Shown here: positions 51,426 through 61,008 of the stretch, piece by piece
Layout: each line of letters starts with the position of its first letter
How positions within the stretch are numbered: position 1 is the first letter of the stretch
Assembly: GCA_963827275.1 (NCBI GenBank)
Contig: CAWHAA010000005.1
Location: forward strand, 640,001 to 704,000
From: an uncultured Spirochaetota bacterium
Lineage (GTDB): Bacteria > Spirochaetota > UBA4802 > UBA5550
DNA length: 64,000 bases
Direction of reading: 5' to 3'
Notes under the pieces: generated by a model
Databases searched by the model: none
The model's input: the letters and a program-made list of their open reading frames with translations, nothing else
Told to the model about the DNA's origin: nothing
Made by a program: the position numbers and the translations under genes

Positions 51426-52475
51426 ATGAACAGCGGGATACCGGACGCCATACGCGAGGCCATAGAGCATGACCTTCTCGGCATCGAGGTGACCACGCGG
51501 TGCAACAGCGCGTGCTCCCACTGCTTCGCCCGCGCCGGCAGGACCGGCGCGCGTGAGCTTTCCGCCGATACGGTCGCGGCGATCGCCGCCGAGGGATGGC
51601 AGCTCGGGTACCGCGCCCTGCACCTCACCGGCGGAGAGCCGCTCCTCTGGGGGCCGCCCGGAGGCTGCATCGAGCGCGTGCTCGAACTCGGGTACGAGCG
51701 GGTCTTCATCAACACCAACGGCACCCTCCTCACCGGGGAGAAGGCCCGGGCCCTGGCCGGGTTCGGGGGGCGGATCACGATCTCCATCAGCCTGCAGGGA
51801 CCGGAGGAGCTGCACGACTCCGTGCGGGGCCGCGGCTCATTCCGCGCGGCAATCGCGGGTCTTGAACAGGCACTGGCTGCCGGGCTCACCGTGAGTATTT
51901 TCACCTCAGTGGGGAAACGCCTTGTCCCGCAGCTCCCCCGTTTCGCTGAATTCCTGTTCAGGGAGTACCCCGGGATACAGGACCTCACCCTCATACAGCT
52001 TATCCGCGTGCCCGGCGACGCCATCGACCTGTCCGGAGAGCTCCTTGCGCCCGGGGACTTCATCGCCATGGTGCGCGCGGCGGCCCTGCTGAACCTGTAT
52101 GGCTGCCGCGTGAACGTGCTCCAGAACCCCCTCGCGGTGGCCGTGTCCCGGGCCATGGGCATGCCCTGGCTCGCGCCCGCGCCCCACCTGCACCGGGGCG
52201 GCGGCGTCATCGTCATGGCGGACCTGAGCATCACCCTTGCCCATTCCACGCGGGAATCGTTCGGCGCCTATGCGCCGGGCATGCTGGGCACGGTGCTTGC
52301 CTCACCGGAGTACCTGGAAGCGGTTGCGCCTGACGACAATGCCTGCGCCGGGTGCGGGTTTCTGGCCATTTGCAGGGAAAACGGCATGCTCCAGCCATCG
52401 GAGTGGTTCAGAAGCATGGGGTCAGAGTACTTTTGCCGGGAGGTGCTCGCTCTTGCCGGTTCGGGGTCAGAGTAA
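51426..52475 (+). CDS. Radical SAM protein with C-terminal Cys cluster (SPASM-like)
   Basis: EVTTRCNSACSHC, LTGGEPLL, INTNGTLL, ISLQG..HDSVRG, CAGCGFLAIC..FC; starts 1 bp after the prenyltransferase stop. Confidence 0.88.
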   Translation: MNSGIPDAIREAIEHDLLGIEVTTRCNSACSHCFARAGRTGARELSADTVAAIAAEGWQLGYRALHLTGGEPLLWGPPGGCIERVLELGYERVFINTNGTLLTGEKARALAGFGGRITISISLQGPEELHDSVRGRGSFRAAIAGLEQALAAGLTVSIFTSVGKRLVPQLPRFAEFLFREYPGIQDLTLIQLIRVPGDAIDLSGELLAPGDFIAMVRAAALLNLYGCRVNVLQNPLAVAVSRAMGMPWLAPAPHLHRGGGVIVMADLSITLAHSTRESFGAYAPGMLGTVLASPEYLEAVAPDDNACAGCGFLAICRENGMLQPSEWFRSMGSEYFCREVLALAGSGSE

Positions 52476-52613
52476 AAGGGGCTGTCTACCGATAACTATC
52501 GGCCGTGAAGTGGGGGGTCAGAGCAAGCCGGTTACCGATAACTATCGGCCTCCCGGGGGGTCAGAGTAAATCCACTACCGATAACTATCGGTCCTCCACG
52601 GGGGTCAGAGTAA
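52418..52613 (+). repeat. Second array of the bipartite repeat, with variable linkers
   Basis: GGGGTCAGAG at 52418, 52463, ~52514, ~52557, 52601; ACCGATAACTATCGG at 52488, 52534, 52577; same orientation as the 44074 array. Confidence 0.95.
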
Positions 52614-52615
52614 GG

Positions 52616-53083
52616 CTACTGCATCTTCAGGTGCCTGATCACTTCCTCGATATCGGGGATTTCAGGGATTTCGTAGACCCTGATCCAGTCGATCTTCCCG
52701 TCCTCATCAACAAGTATATTCGCCCTGCCGGATATCCCCGCCTTTTCAATGAAAAGGCCGTATTTCTTCGCCATGTCCCCGTGCGGCCAGAAGTCGGAGA
52801 GGATGTCGGTGTTTTCCAGCTCGAGGTACTCGGACCATTCCTTCTTGCAGGGCACGCTGTCGACGCTGATACCCAGCGCCACGGTATTGAGCTTTTCGAG
52901 GTCGGCGTGTTTCGCTTCAAGGCTCCGCATCTGTATCTCGCACACCGACGTCCACGCCAGGGGATGAAACGAGATGAGCAGCTTCTTCCCCTTAAAAGAC
53001 GATAATGATATCTCCTGCCCGTACTGGTTTTTCAGCGTAAAATCAGGGGCCGCATCGCCAACCTTTAATTGTATCTCTCTCAT
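52616..53083 (-). CDS. Peroxiredoxin (AhpE/AhpC-TSA family)
   Basis: VGDAAPDFTL, FHPLAWTSVC, GISVDS, LSDFWPHG. Confidence 0.9.
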   Translation of the reverse strand: MREIQLKVGDAAPDFTLKNQYGQEISLSSFKGKKLLISFHPLAWTSVCEIQMRSLEAKHADLEKLNTVALGISVDSVPCKKEWSEYLELENTDILSDFWPHGDMAKKYGLFIEKAGISGRANILVDEDGKIDWIRVYEIPEIPDIEEVIRHLKMQ

Positions 53084-53258
53084 AAGCTGCCTCCATAGTA
53101 TGACAAATATAACAGATATTGTATAAAACATACAGAAAATTTGGTAAAGCGGCAAGAACTAATTAGAATTTAATTAAATTATAAAATTAACGGGATGCCG
53201 TTCCTGCCGGTGAAGTGACGGTGCGAGTGCCCAAATCTTCATGGCCCAAGTATAATTG

Positions 53259-53290
53259 TTGACACGATGACATGTATGTCATTTTATACT
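53259..53290 (+). promoter_or_regulatory. Promoter with palindromic operator ATGACAT-GT-ATGTCAT upstream of the FGGY kinase operon
   Basis: TTGACA 53259-53264, perfect 7-2-7 palindrome 53267-53282, TATACT 53285-53290. Confidence 0.6.
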
Positions 53291-53354
53291 TAATCGGGCC
53301 GGGCGTATCACACTCACCGCATCACCATTCCCCGCCGGCACAACAGGGGGCGCT

Positions 53355-54947
53355 ATGTCGAACGGCAGACAGAAATATATCCTCGCTATCGACCTGGGCA
53401 CGTCAGGTCCAAAATCAGTCATCGTGTCAACCGACGGCGAAGTGGTCGACTCCGAGTTTCAGGAGGTCCACCTGCACATGTTCCCCGGGGGCGGGGCGGA
53501 GCAGGACCCGGATGAATGGTGGAGCACCATCATGGCCACGGCAAAAACAGTGCTGGCGCGCAGCAGGATCGCTCCCGGCGACATCGCGGCGGTATCCTGC
53601 ACCACGCAATGGTCCGGCACGGTGGCGGTGGATGAAAACGGCCATCACCTCATGAACGCCATCATCTGGCTGGACACCCGCGGCCACCAGGAAACACGAA
53701 AGGTAGTGAAAGGAATCGTCAATATAGAAGGGATGGGGCTGCTCAAGGCAACCAGATGGGTGTGGCTCACGGGCGGCATCCCCAGCCCTGCGGGCAAGGA
53801 CCCCTTCTGTCACATCCTCTACATCCGGAACGAGCACCCGGACATATACCGGAAGACCTATAAGTTCCTGGAGCCGAAGGACTACATCAACCTTCGCTTC
53901 ACCGGGAAGTTCTTCGCCTCGTATGACTCCATCGCCCTCCACTGGGTCACGAACAACCGGAACATCAACAACGTCTTCTACGGGAAAAAGCTGATCAAGT
54001 GGTCGACCATCGACCCCGCCAAGCTCCCTGACCTGAAGCGGGCGGTTGATATCTGCGGACCCATCAGGCCGGAGATCGCAGACGAGCTGGGTCTCCCCCG
54101 GGGCCTGCCGGTGGTCATGGGGTGCCCCGACATCCACTCCGCCGCCATCGGCTCCGGCGCGGTAAAGGACTTCGAGGGCCATATCTATATCGGCACGTCA
54201 TCCTGGATCATCTGCCACGTGCCCTTCAAAAAGACGGACATCTTCCATAATTTCGCCTCGCTCCCCTCGGCCCTGCCCGGAAGGTACCTGGTCTCGAACG
54301 AACAGGAGACTGCCGGAAAGTGCCTCATGTATTTAAGAGACAACCTTCTCTATTGCAAGGACGGGCTTTCCGGCGCAGCCGCACCGGATGACATTTACCG
54401 GAGATTCGACGCCGTCGTCGCAGACGCCCCCGCAGGGAGCAACAAGATGATATTCACCCCCTGGCTTTTCGGCGAGCGCACTCCGGCGGAGAACGAATCG
54501 GTGCGGGGAGCCTTCCTGAACCTTTCCCTCGACACCAACAGGGCCTGCATGATACGGTCCGTGTACGAGGGCGTGGCCTTCAACAACCGCTGGCTCATGG
54601 GCTTCATAGAAAAATTCAACCGGAGGAAGTTTCCGTACCTCAACTTTATCGGCGGCGGCGCGAACTCCGACGTCTGGAGCCAGATACTGGCGGACGTGCT
54701 CGACCGCAAGATCAGGCAGGTAAAGGACCCCATCGTCGCCAACGCACGGGGCGCCGCCTTCCTCGCCTCCATCGCGCTCGGGTACCTGACCATCGACCAG
54801 GTGTCGGAGCGGATAGCGATCAAAAAAGAATACGAGCCGAACCCTGAAAACAGGAAGGTTTACGACGAGCTCTTCGGGGAATTCGTGAATTTCTATCATA
54901 CGGTAAAAAAGATATACCGGCGGCTGAACAAAAGGGATGATCAATAA
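53355..54947 (+). CDS. FGGY-family carbohydrate kinase (xylulokinase-like)
   Basis: [52 protein letters not shown]. Confidence 0.92.
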   Translation: MSNGRQKYILAIDLGTSGPKSVIVSTDGEVVDSEFQEVHLHMFPGGGAEQDPDEWWSTIMATAKTVLARSRIAPGDIAAVSCTTQWSGTVAVDENGHHLMNAIIWLDTRGHQETRKVVKGIVNIEGMGLLKATRWVWLTGGIPSPAGKDPFCHILYIRNEHPDIYRKTYKFLEPKDYINLRFTGKFFASYDSIALHWVTNNRNINNVFYGKKLIKWSTIDPAKLPDLKRAVDICGPIRPEIADELGLPRGLPVVMGCPDIHSAAIGSGAVKDFEGHIYIGTSSWIICHVPFKKTDIFHNFASLPSALPGRYLVSNEQETAGKCLMYLRDNLLYCKDGLSGAAAPDDIYRRFDAVVADAPAGSNKMIFTPWLFGERTPAENESVRGAFLNLSLDTNRACMIRSVYEGVAFNNRWLMGFIEKFNRRKFPYLNFIGGGANSDVWSQILADVLDRKIRQVKDPIVANARGAAFLASIALGYLTIDQVSERIAIKKEYEPNPENRKVYDELFGEFVNFYHTVKKIYRRLNKRDDQ

Positions 54948-54961
54948 AACGGAGCGTTCAC

Positions 54962-56473
54962 ATGGACATCAACACGATCGAACAATATTTAAAGCGCTTT
55001 GATCCGCGCATCGTCGCGTTCGCGCTGAAGATAATAAAGAAGGTCCCGTATTTCAGACTCATGATCAAGCGGATGGTGGCGAAAGAGGCCGCCGGGATAA
55101 TGGAGGAGCTGGAGGGCTCGCTCAAGCCTTACCGGGGCGCCTACCCCGCCTATGCCGCCCTGCCGTCAACGGGACGGCCCCGCACGGAGATACTCAGGCT
55201 GATGGAACAGCTGAAAAAACGCGAGGAGGGCAAGTGGGAGAAGGGCTTCGTGTCAGGCGCGGTGTACCACGGCGACCGGGACCACATCGAGTTTCTGAAC
55301 CGCGTTTACGCGGTGAATTCCCAGAGCAACCCGCTCCACTCCGACGTGTGGCCCAGCATCGCCAAGTACGAGGCGGAGATCGTCTCCATGACCGCCGCCA
55401 TGCTGGGCGCCGGCGACGCCGGCATCTGCGGCACGGTCACCTCGGGCGGCACCGAGAGCATCCTGCTCGCCATGAAAGCCTACCGTGACCGCGCCCGGGC
55501 GGAGCGGGGCATCCGCCGGCCGGAGATGATCGTGCCGGTGACGGTCCACGCCGCCTTCGACAAGGCGGCCCAGTACTTCAACATAAAAATGGTAAAGGTG
55601 CCGGTGGACGGCATGCTCAGGGCCGACGTGGGCGCCGTGCGGAAGGCGATCACCCGCCGCACCATCGTGATCGTCGGCTCCGCGCCCTCGTTCCCGCACG
55701 GCATGGTGGACCCGATCGAGGAGCTTTCCGGGCTGGCCCTGGAAAAAGGCATCGGCTTCCACACCGACGCGTGCCTGGGCGGCTTTATCCTTCCCTGGCT
55801 CGCGAAGCTCGGCCGCACGGTCCCCGCCTTCGATTTCCGCCTCCCGGGCGTGACCTCGATCTCGGCCGACACCCACAAGTACGGGTACGCGGCCAAGGGG
55901 ACCTCGGTGGTGCTCTACCGCGACCCGGAGCTCCGCCACTACCAGTTCTACAAGACGACCGAATGGCCCGGCGGCCTCTACTTCTCCCCTACCTTCGCCG
56001 GGAGCAGGCCCGGGGCCCTCTCCGCATCCTGCTGGGCCGCGATGGTGTCGCTGGGCGAAAAGGGCTACACCGACGCGGCGCGCCGCATCATCACGACCGC
56101 GGACAAAATAAAGGAGGGCGTCGCGGCAATCCCGGGGCTCCGCATCATGGGAGACCCGCTCTGGGTCATCGCCTTCGCCTCCGATGAATTCAACATCTAC
56201 CGCGTCATGGACTTCATGGCGCACCGGGGCTGGAGCCTGAACGGGCTCCACAAACCTTCGTGCGTGCACCTCTGCGTCACCCTGCGCCACACCAGGCCCG
56301 GCGTTGCCGGCCGTTTTATCAAGGACCTGAAAGCCGGGGTGGAGTACGTGAAAAAAAATCCGGGTGAAAAGGGGTCCATGGCGCCGGTGTACGGCCTGGC
56401 GGCGACCTTCCCGGACCGCGCCGCCGTGTCGGACATCTTGGATGCATACCTGGACACGCTGTATAAAGTATGA
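54962..56473 (+). CDS. Sphingosine-1-phosphate lyase-like PLP enzyme
   Basis: [71 protein letters not shown]. Confidence 0.85.
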   Translation: MDINTIEQYLKRFDPRIVAFALKIIKKVPYFRLMIKRMVAKEAAGIMEELEGSLKPYRGAYPAYAALPSTGRPRTEILRLMEQLKKREEGKWEKGFVSGAVYHGDRDHIEFLNRVYAVNSQSNPLHSDVWPSIAKYEAEIVSMTAAMLGAGDAGICGTVTSGGTESILLAMKAYRDRARAERGIRRPEMIVPVTVHAAFDKAAQYFNIKMVKVPVDGMLRADVGAVRKAITRRTIVIVGSAPSFPHGMVDPIEELSGLALEKGIGFHTDACLGGFILPWLAKLGRTVPAFDFRLPGVTSISADTHKYGYAAKGTSVVLYRDPELRHYQFYKTTEWPGGLYFSPTFAGSRPGALSASCWAAMVSLGEKGYTDAARRIITTADKIKEGVAAIPGLRIMGDPLWVIAFASDEFNIYRVMDFMAHRGWSLNGLHKPSCVHLCVTLRHTRPGVAGRFIKDLKAGVEYVKKNPGEKGSMAPVYGLAATFPDRAAVSDILDAYLDTLYKV

Positions 56474-56663
56474 CCGGGCTGATCAGGATGCCTCCTGATC
56501 AGCATGAAACAAGTCCGGATCATATTTTAACAATTAAATATTTCTTGCTAAATACTGCGCCGTTTTTTTACATACCAAACCGGCACTGGATCGGACTGAC
56601 GGATATGACCCCGGAAGCCCCGTATCCATGCCATCCAGACAGAAGAACAGCGAGGATAATATC

Positions 56664-57737
56664 ATGAAGATCGGCATCATGGGCCTGCCGCAGTCAGGCA
56701 GGCGTACGGTATATGCGCTTCTCACCGGCGGCGACGGCACGCCGGCGCACGCTGACGGCAAAGAGCAGGTGGTGGGCATCGCGCCGGTGCTCGACCCGCG
56801 CTTTGACGACCTGGTTTCGCGCTACCACCCGAAGAAGGAGACGCGCGCGCGGATCACCGTAGAGCTCATCCCCTCCCTGGAGGAAAACGCGGTGAAGGAA
56901 GGCGCAATCTTCAGGGACATCGCCGGCACGGACGCGCTCTGCCTGGTGGCGCGGGACTTCAAAGACGACAGTGTGTACCACGCACGGGGGAGCGTTGACG
57001 CCCTCCGCGACATCGACTCGGTGATGTCGGAGCTCGTGCTCCACGACCTCATCCTGATAGAGAAACGCCTCGAGAGGATCGCCGAGGCGAAGAAGCGGGG
57101 CAAGGACGACCAGGGGCAGAAGGAGGAGCCGCTCTTCATCAAAATGCGCGAGCATTTAGAGAATGACCTCCCCCTCCGCGTCATGGAGATTTCCCCTGAA
57201 GAGAGAAAGCTCCTGACCGGCTACTCCTTCATCACCATGAAGGAGATGATCGTCGCCCTGAACGCGGGCGAGTCGGCCATAGCGGACACGGCGCTGGCGA
57301 AAAAGGCGGAGGAGAAGTACCGCGGCAGGGCCGTCACCTTCGTGCGGCTCTCGGCGCGCCTGGAGGCGGAGATCGCGGCGCTCGACTCCGATGAGGACCG
57401 GGCCGCGTTCATGAAGGAGGCGGGCATCGCCGAACCGGCGCTCGCCCTGCTGACCAGGACCCTCATGGCGTCGCTGGGGCTGATCTCGTTCTTCACGGTG
57501 GGCGAGGACGAGGTGCGCCAGTGGATGATACGGCGCGGGTCGAGCGCCCCCGAGGCCGCGGGCGCGATCCACAGCGACATCCAGCGCGGCTTCATCCGCG
57601 CGGAGGTGCTGAAATACGACGACCTGTGCGCCCTCGGCTCGGAGGATGCGGTGAAGAAGGCGGGCAGGCAGCACGTCATGGGAAAAGAGTACATCGTCGA
57701 GGACGGCGACATCATCAACTTCAGGTTCAACGTATAG
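56664..57737 (+). CDS. YchF-like Obg-family protein with TGS/DUF933 C-terminus; atypical P-loop
   Basis: LGLISFFTVG.DEVRQW, AAGAIHSDIQRGFIRAEV, GKEYIVEDGDIINFRFNV; P-loop reads GLPQSGRRT. Confidence 0.85.
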   Translation: MKIGIMGLPQSGRRTVYALLTGGDGTPAHADGKEQVVGIAPVLDPRFDDLVSRYHPKKETRARITVELIPSLEENAVKEGAIFRDIAGTDALCLVARDFKDDSVYHARGSVDALRDIDSVMSELVLHDLILIEKRLERIAEAKKRGKDDQGQKEEPLFIKMREHLENDLPLRVMEISPEERKLLTGYSFITMKEMIVALNAGESAIADTALAKKAEEKYRGRAVTFVRLSARLEAEIAALDSDEDRAAFMKEAGIAEPALALLTRTLMASLGLISFFTVGEDEVRQWMIRRGSSAPEAAGAIHSDIQRGFIRAEVLKYDDLCALGSEDAVKKAGRQHVMGKEYIVEDGDIINFRFNV

Positions 57738-57752
57738 AGACGGCGCTCCGGG

Positions 57753-58377
57753 CTAATCGCAGCGCGTGAACACCAGGTCCGCGCTCGCCGTGCCGCCCTC
57801 TTTGAACGCGCACTTCAGCGAGAGGCTCCCTTCGACCAGCGCGGATTTCGTTTACCAGCATGCCGGTCCGAGACACCGAGAGCTTGAACTTCTCGCACTG
57901 GGACGGCACAATCTCCACGACCCTGCATTTTTCATAATCGGGCGGCTCGCAGCTCCCCGGCACCTCCACCTTGACGATCTTGCCGCGCACCGCGTCCTCG
58001 ATCACCAGGATGGCGCCGTCCTGCTCTCCCTTGCCCAGGAGCGCCGCGCCGAAAAAGCTCATGCGCTGGCCGGAGCGGCACTGCGCGGGCGTGAAGGTGA
58101 AGTCCCCGAGCGGCGCGCCTGCCGCGGTGAAGGACCCTTCTATGGACGAACATCCCTTGAAGCCGAACATGTACACCGCCCCGGCCACCAGCGCCACATT
58201 CGCGAGGGCGATGACACCGACCATTCCCTTCTTCTTCTGTTTCATCGGGCCGGCCGGCCCTCCCGCCGCAGCAGGCACCGGTCCGGTCACCGGTACCGCG
58301 GCAAGGTCCTTGCCGCACATCCGGCAGAAGCGGTCGGTATCATCGGCCTTTGCCCCGCAATTCGGACAATATCCCAT
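57753..58377 (-). CDS. Zinc-ribbon membrane-anchored hypothetical protein; apparent frameshift near 57840
   Basis: YCPNCG..FCRMCG, one TM helix; an alternative frame gives VEGSLSLKC..LVFTRCD-stop at 57753. Confidence 0.65.
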
Positions 58378-58414
58378 ATCCCACCCCCTTGTTGATCAAC
58401 ATGTTATTAACGCC

Positions 58415-58774
58415 TCATGCCTGCGGCGTGTCGCTCTTTTCTTCCCGCTTCTCGTCCTTCTTCTCTTCTTTATCCTTGTAACAGTACCTGCACCCGTGTA
58501 TCAGGATCTTCTTCTTCCCGTTCTCCTCGGTCTCGGACGCGTACAGGGCCTCGTATTTCGAGAGCTCCTTGCCGCACAGGGGGCAGAGCCTGGTCCCCGG
58601 CGCGCGCTTCACGCTGAAATAATCGATCCGCTCCGGATTAACGGACGGCTCCGGCGGCTTCTTTCCCGCGCGCAGCTCCTTCAGCTTCTCCTTCCCCGTC
58701 TGGAACGAGGAGTAAAGATAGATGAACACCGTGGCGCCGATCAGCAGCCCTATGAGGTAAAGGATTTCCGACAT
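58415..58774 (-). CDS. Hypothetical protein with N-terminal TM and CxxC..CxxC
   Basis: MSEILYLIGLLIG.., RLCPLCG..HGCRYC; start coupled to the upstream stop. Confidence 0.7.
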   Translation of the reverse strand: MSEILYLIGLLIGATVFIYLYSSFQTGKEKLKELRAGKKPPEPSVNPERIDYFSVKRAPGTRLCPLCGKELSKYEALYASETEENGKKKILIHGCRYCYKDKEEKKDEKREEKSDTPQA

Positions 58775-59496
58775 CAGGCCCTCTCGGTTATGAAATTTAT
58801 CATGATGGTATCGTCCCGCGGCGGGCCGAAGGTGTAGTCGCCGCACACGTCCCGCACGGCGAGCCCCGCATCGGCGAGGAGCCCGCGGATCTCGTCCGCG
58901 GAGTAGATCCGCTGCACATGCTCCTCCTCGGAGACCGCGCCGCCGCGGTCAAGGCGCAGTGTCGAGGTGATCAGCTTCGTTTCGGCATCATAGCGGTTGC
59001 CCCACTCGATGGAGCCGTTCCGTATCCTGCTCTTCGTGGTCTTCCCGTCGAAGTTGCGGTAGATGTTGTGCTCCGTGGTGATATCGAACATGAAAACGCT
59101 CTCCCCGTGCATGGCGTCCCGCACGCAGCGGAACATGTTAACAATATCGGAATATTCAAGCAGATAATTCACGGTGTCGTGCACCGAAAAGATGAAATCG
59201 ACCGGCGCCGCCAGGCGAAACGTGGTGATATCGGCGCAGAAGATCCGGAAGTTCATGAACGCCCGCTCCTTCGCGACGCGGAGCATGTCGAGCGACCGGT
59301 CAACGCCGTACACGGTGTAGCCGTCGCCCGAGAATTTCGCGCCGAAGCGTCCGGTGCCGCACCCGAGCTCAAGTATGCTCCCGCGGCGCGGCGCGTGGCG
59401 CTCCATCACGGCGAGGAGGTACTCGTACCACTCCTGGTAATCGACATGGCGCAGGATGGTGTCGTAGTACGGCGCTATGACGCTGTAGGGTTCCAT
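58774..59496 (-). CDS. Class I SAM-dependent methyltransferase
   Basis: APYYD..VDY, LELGCGTG, GVDRSLDML, DTVNYL. Confidence 0.88.
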   Translation of the reverse strand: MEPYSVIAPYYDTILRHVDYQEWYEYLLAVMERHAPRRGSILELGCGTGRFGAKFSGDGYTVYGVDRSLDMLRVAKERAFMNFRIFCADITTFRLAAPVDFIFSVHDTVNYLLEYSDIVNMFRCVRDAMHGESVFMFDITTEHNIYRNFDGKTTKSRIRNGSIEWGNRYDAETKLITSTLRLDRGGAVSEEEHVQRIYSADEIRGLLADAGLAVRDVCGDYTFGPPRDDTIMINFITERA

Positions 59497-59512
59497 GCCG
59501 CCCGTGGTCCCG

Positions 59513-60172
59513 CTACATCGCGAATTCGAGCATATACTGGTTGGGAAGGAACCCGTGGTTTTTGATGAAACGGTACCCCGCGTTTGAAAATTCTTCAATC
59601 ACCCGGCGATCCTCCAGCTTGAAGGCCGCGGGCGGCCCGCCTTTTGAATTCTTCCGGTAATCGACGATGACCACGCGGCCGTCCTTCTTCAGCGCCGGCT
59701 TCAGGCGTGACAGGTAGGCGGCCCTGTTGTCCATGTGGTGATAGGTATTGCAGATGAAGACCATGTCAAACGGCAATTTCCCCAGGTCAGGCAGGTCCGG
59801 GGATATGAGCAGCGCACGGTAATTTCCGATCTTTCTTTTTGCCGCGTCTTCCTTCATGTAAGCGACCATGCCCGGGTCCACGTCGTAACCGACCGCCTCG
59901 CCCCCGGGCGCTACGGCCGCGGCGAACCGCCGCGTGAAGTACCCGCTGCCGGCCCCGATATCCGCGACGCGCTGGCCCTTTTTCAGGCCGAGCGCCCTGA
60001 TTATCTCGTCCGGCTTCTGCCACTCGCCGCGGTCCGGCGCTTCAAACATTCGTACATAATATCCGGTGTCCTTTTTTGTGCCCTGTTTTTCATCCTCCAC
60101 CATCGAGCCCCTGTCGCAGCCGCCACCTGACACAATGATGGAAAAGCACAGGAACGCAATCATCCGCCGCAT
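59513..60172 (-). CDS. Exported/lipoprotein SAM-dependent methyltransferase
   Basis: Signal ending GGGC; R.EWQKPD, VADIGAGSGYF, TYHH, GRVVIVDY. Confidence 0.85.
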   Translation of the reverse strand: MRRMIAFLCFSIIVSGGGCDRGSMVEDEKQGTKKDTGYYVRMFEAPDRGEWQKPDEIIRALGLKKGQRVADIGAGSGYFTRRFAAAVAPGGEAVGYDVDPGMVAYMKEDAAKRKIGNYRALLISPDLPDLGKLPFDMVFICNTYHHMDNRAAYLSRLKPALKKDGRVVIVDYRKNSKGGPPAAFKLEDRRVIEEFSNAGYRFIKNHGFLPNQYMLEFAM

Positions 60173-60400
60173 GCCGTCCTCCTTTTTATACAACAGTTGT
60201 GATGATGCTGACGCCATCGGCGAGGATGTCAACGAAGAAATCATCCGTTACGCGCCGCGCGCCGGTACAATCTGTCACAATCCCGATTTTTTTCTTGCTT
60301 TATATGCGGTTTTTATTATTTTGATATAGACCGGCGGCGGATGTAACATTCAGCCGCCTCCTTAACCATACTCATACGTACTATCAACCGGGAGGAATCG

Positions 60401-60994
60401 ATGAACAAAAGATTGTCAATAGTGGCATCCATAATGGTACTCGCCGTCATGACGGCAACGGGCTGCGGGTATAATACAATGCAGAAGCAGGAAGAAGAGG
60501 TGTTCCAGGCATGGGGCGACCTTGAATCAGCGCTCCAGCGGAGGGCCGACCTGATCCCGAACCTGGTGCAGACGGTCAAGGGATACGCGAAGCATGAGAA
60601 GGACACCCTCACCGCCGTCATAGAAGCGCGCGCCAAGGCCACGTCGATCCAGGTCAATCCCAAGGACCTCGGCAACGTCGAAGCACTCCAGAAGTTCCAG
60701 CAGGCGCAGGGACAGCTCTCGACGGCACTCGGGCGCCTGATGGTGGTGGTGGAGCGGTACCCGGACCTCAAGGCGAACGAACAGTTCCGGGACCTTATGC
60801 ACCAGCTCGAAGGAACGGAGAACAGGATCAACGTCGCGCGGACCCGCTACAACGAGGCGGTGAAGAACTTCAACTTTTCGATCCGCAGCTTCCCCAACAG
60901 CCTGACGAACTCGATACTGCTCCACCTGGAGAAAAAAGAGTACTTCAAGGCTGACGAGGGGGCGAAAAAAGCGCCCGAAGTCAAGTTCGAGTGA
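60401..60994 (+). CDS. lemA: LemA family protein
   Basis: [41 protein letters not shown]. Confidence 0.95.
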   Translation: MNKRLSIVASIMVLAVMTATGCGYNTMQKQEEEVFQAWGDLESALQRRADLIPNLVQTVKGYAKHEKDTLTAVIEARAKATSIQVNPKDLGNVEALQKFQQAQGQLSTALGRLMVVVERYPDLKANEQFRDLMHQLEGTENRINVARTRYNEAVKNFNFSIRSFPNSLTNSILLHLEKKEYFKADEGAKKAPEVKFE

Positions 60995-61008
60995 CCGGGG
61001 AGCGGCCG

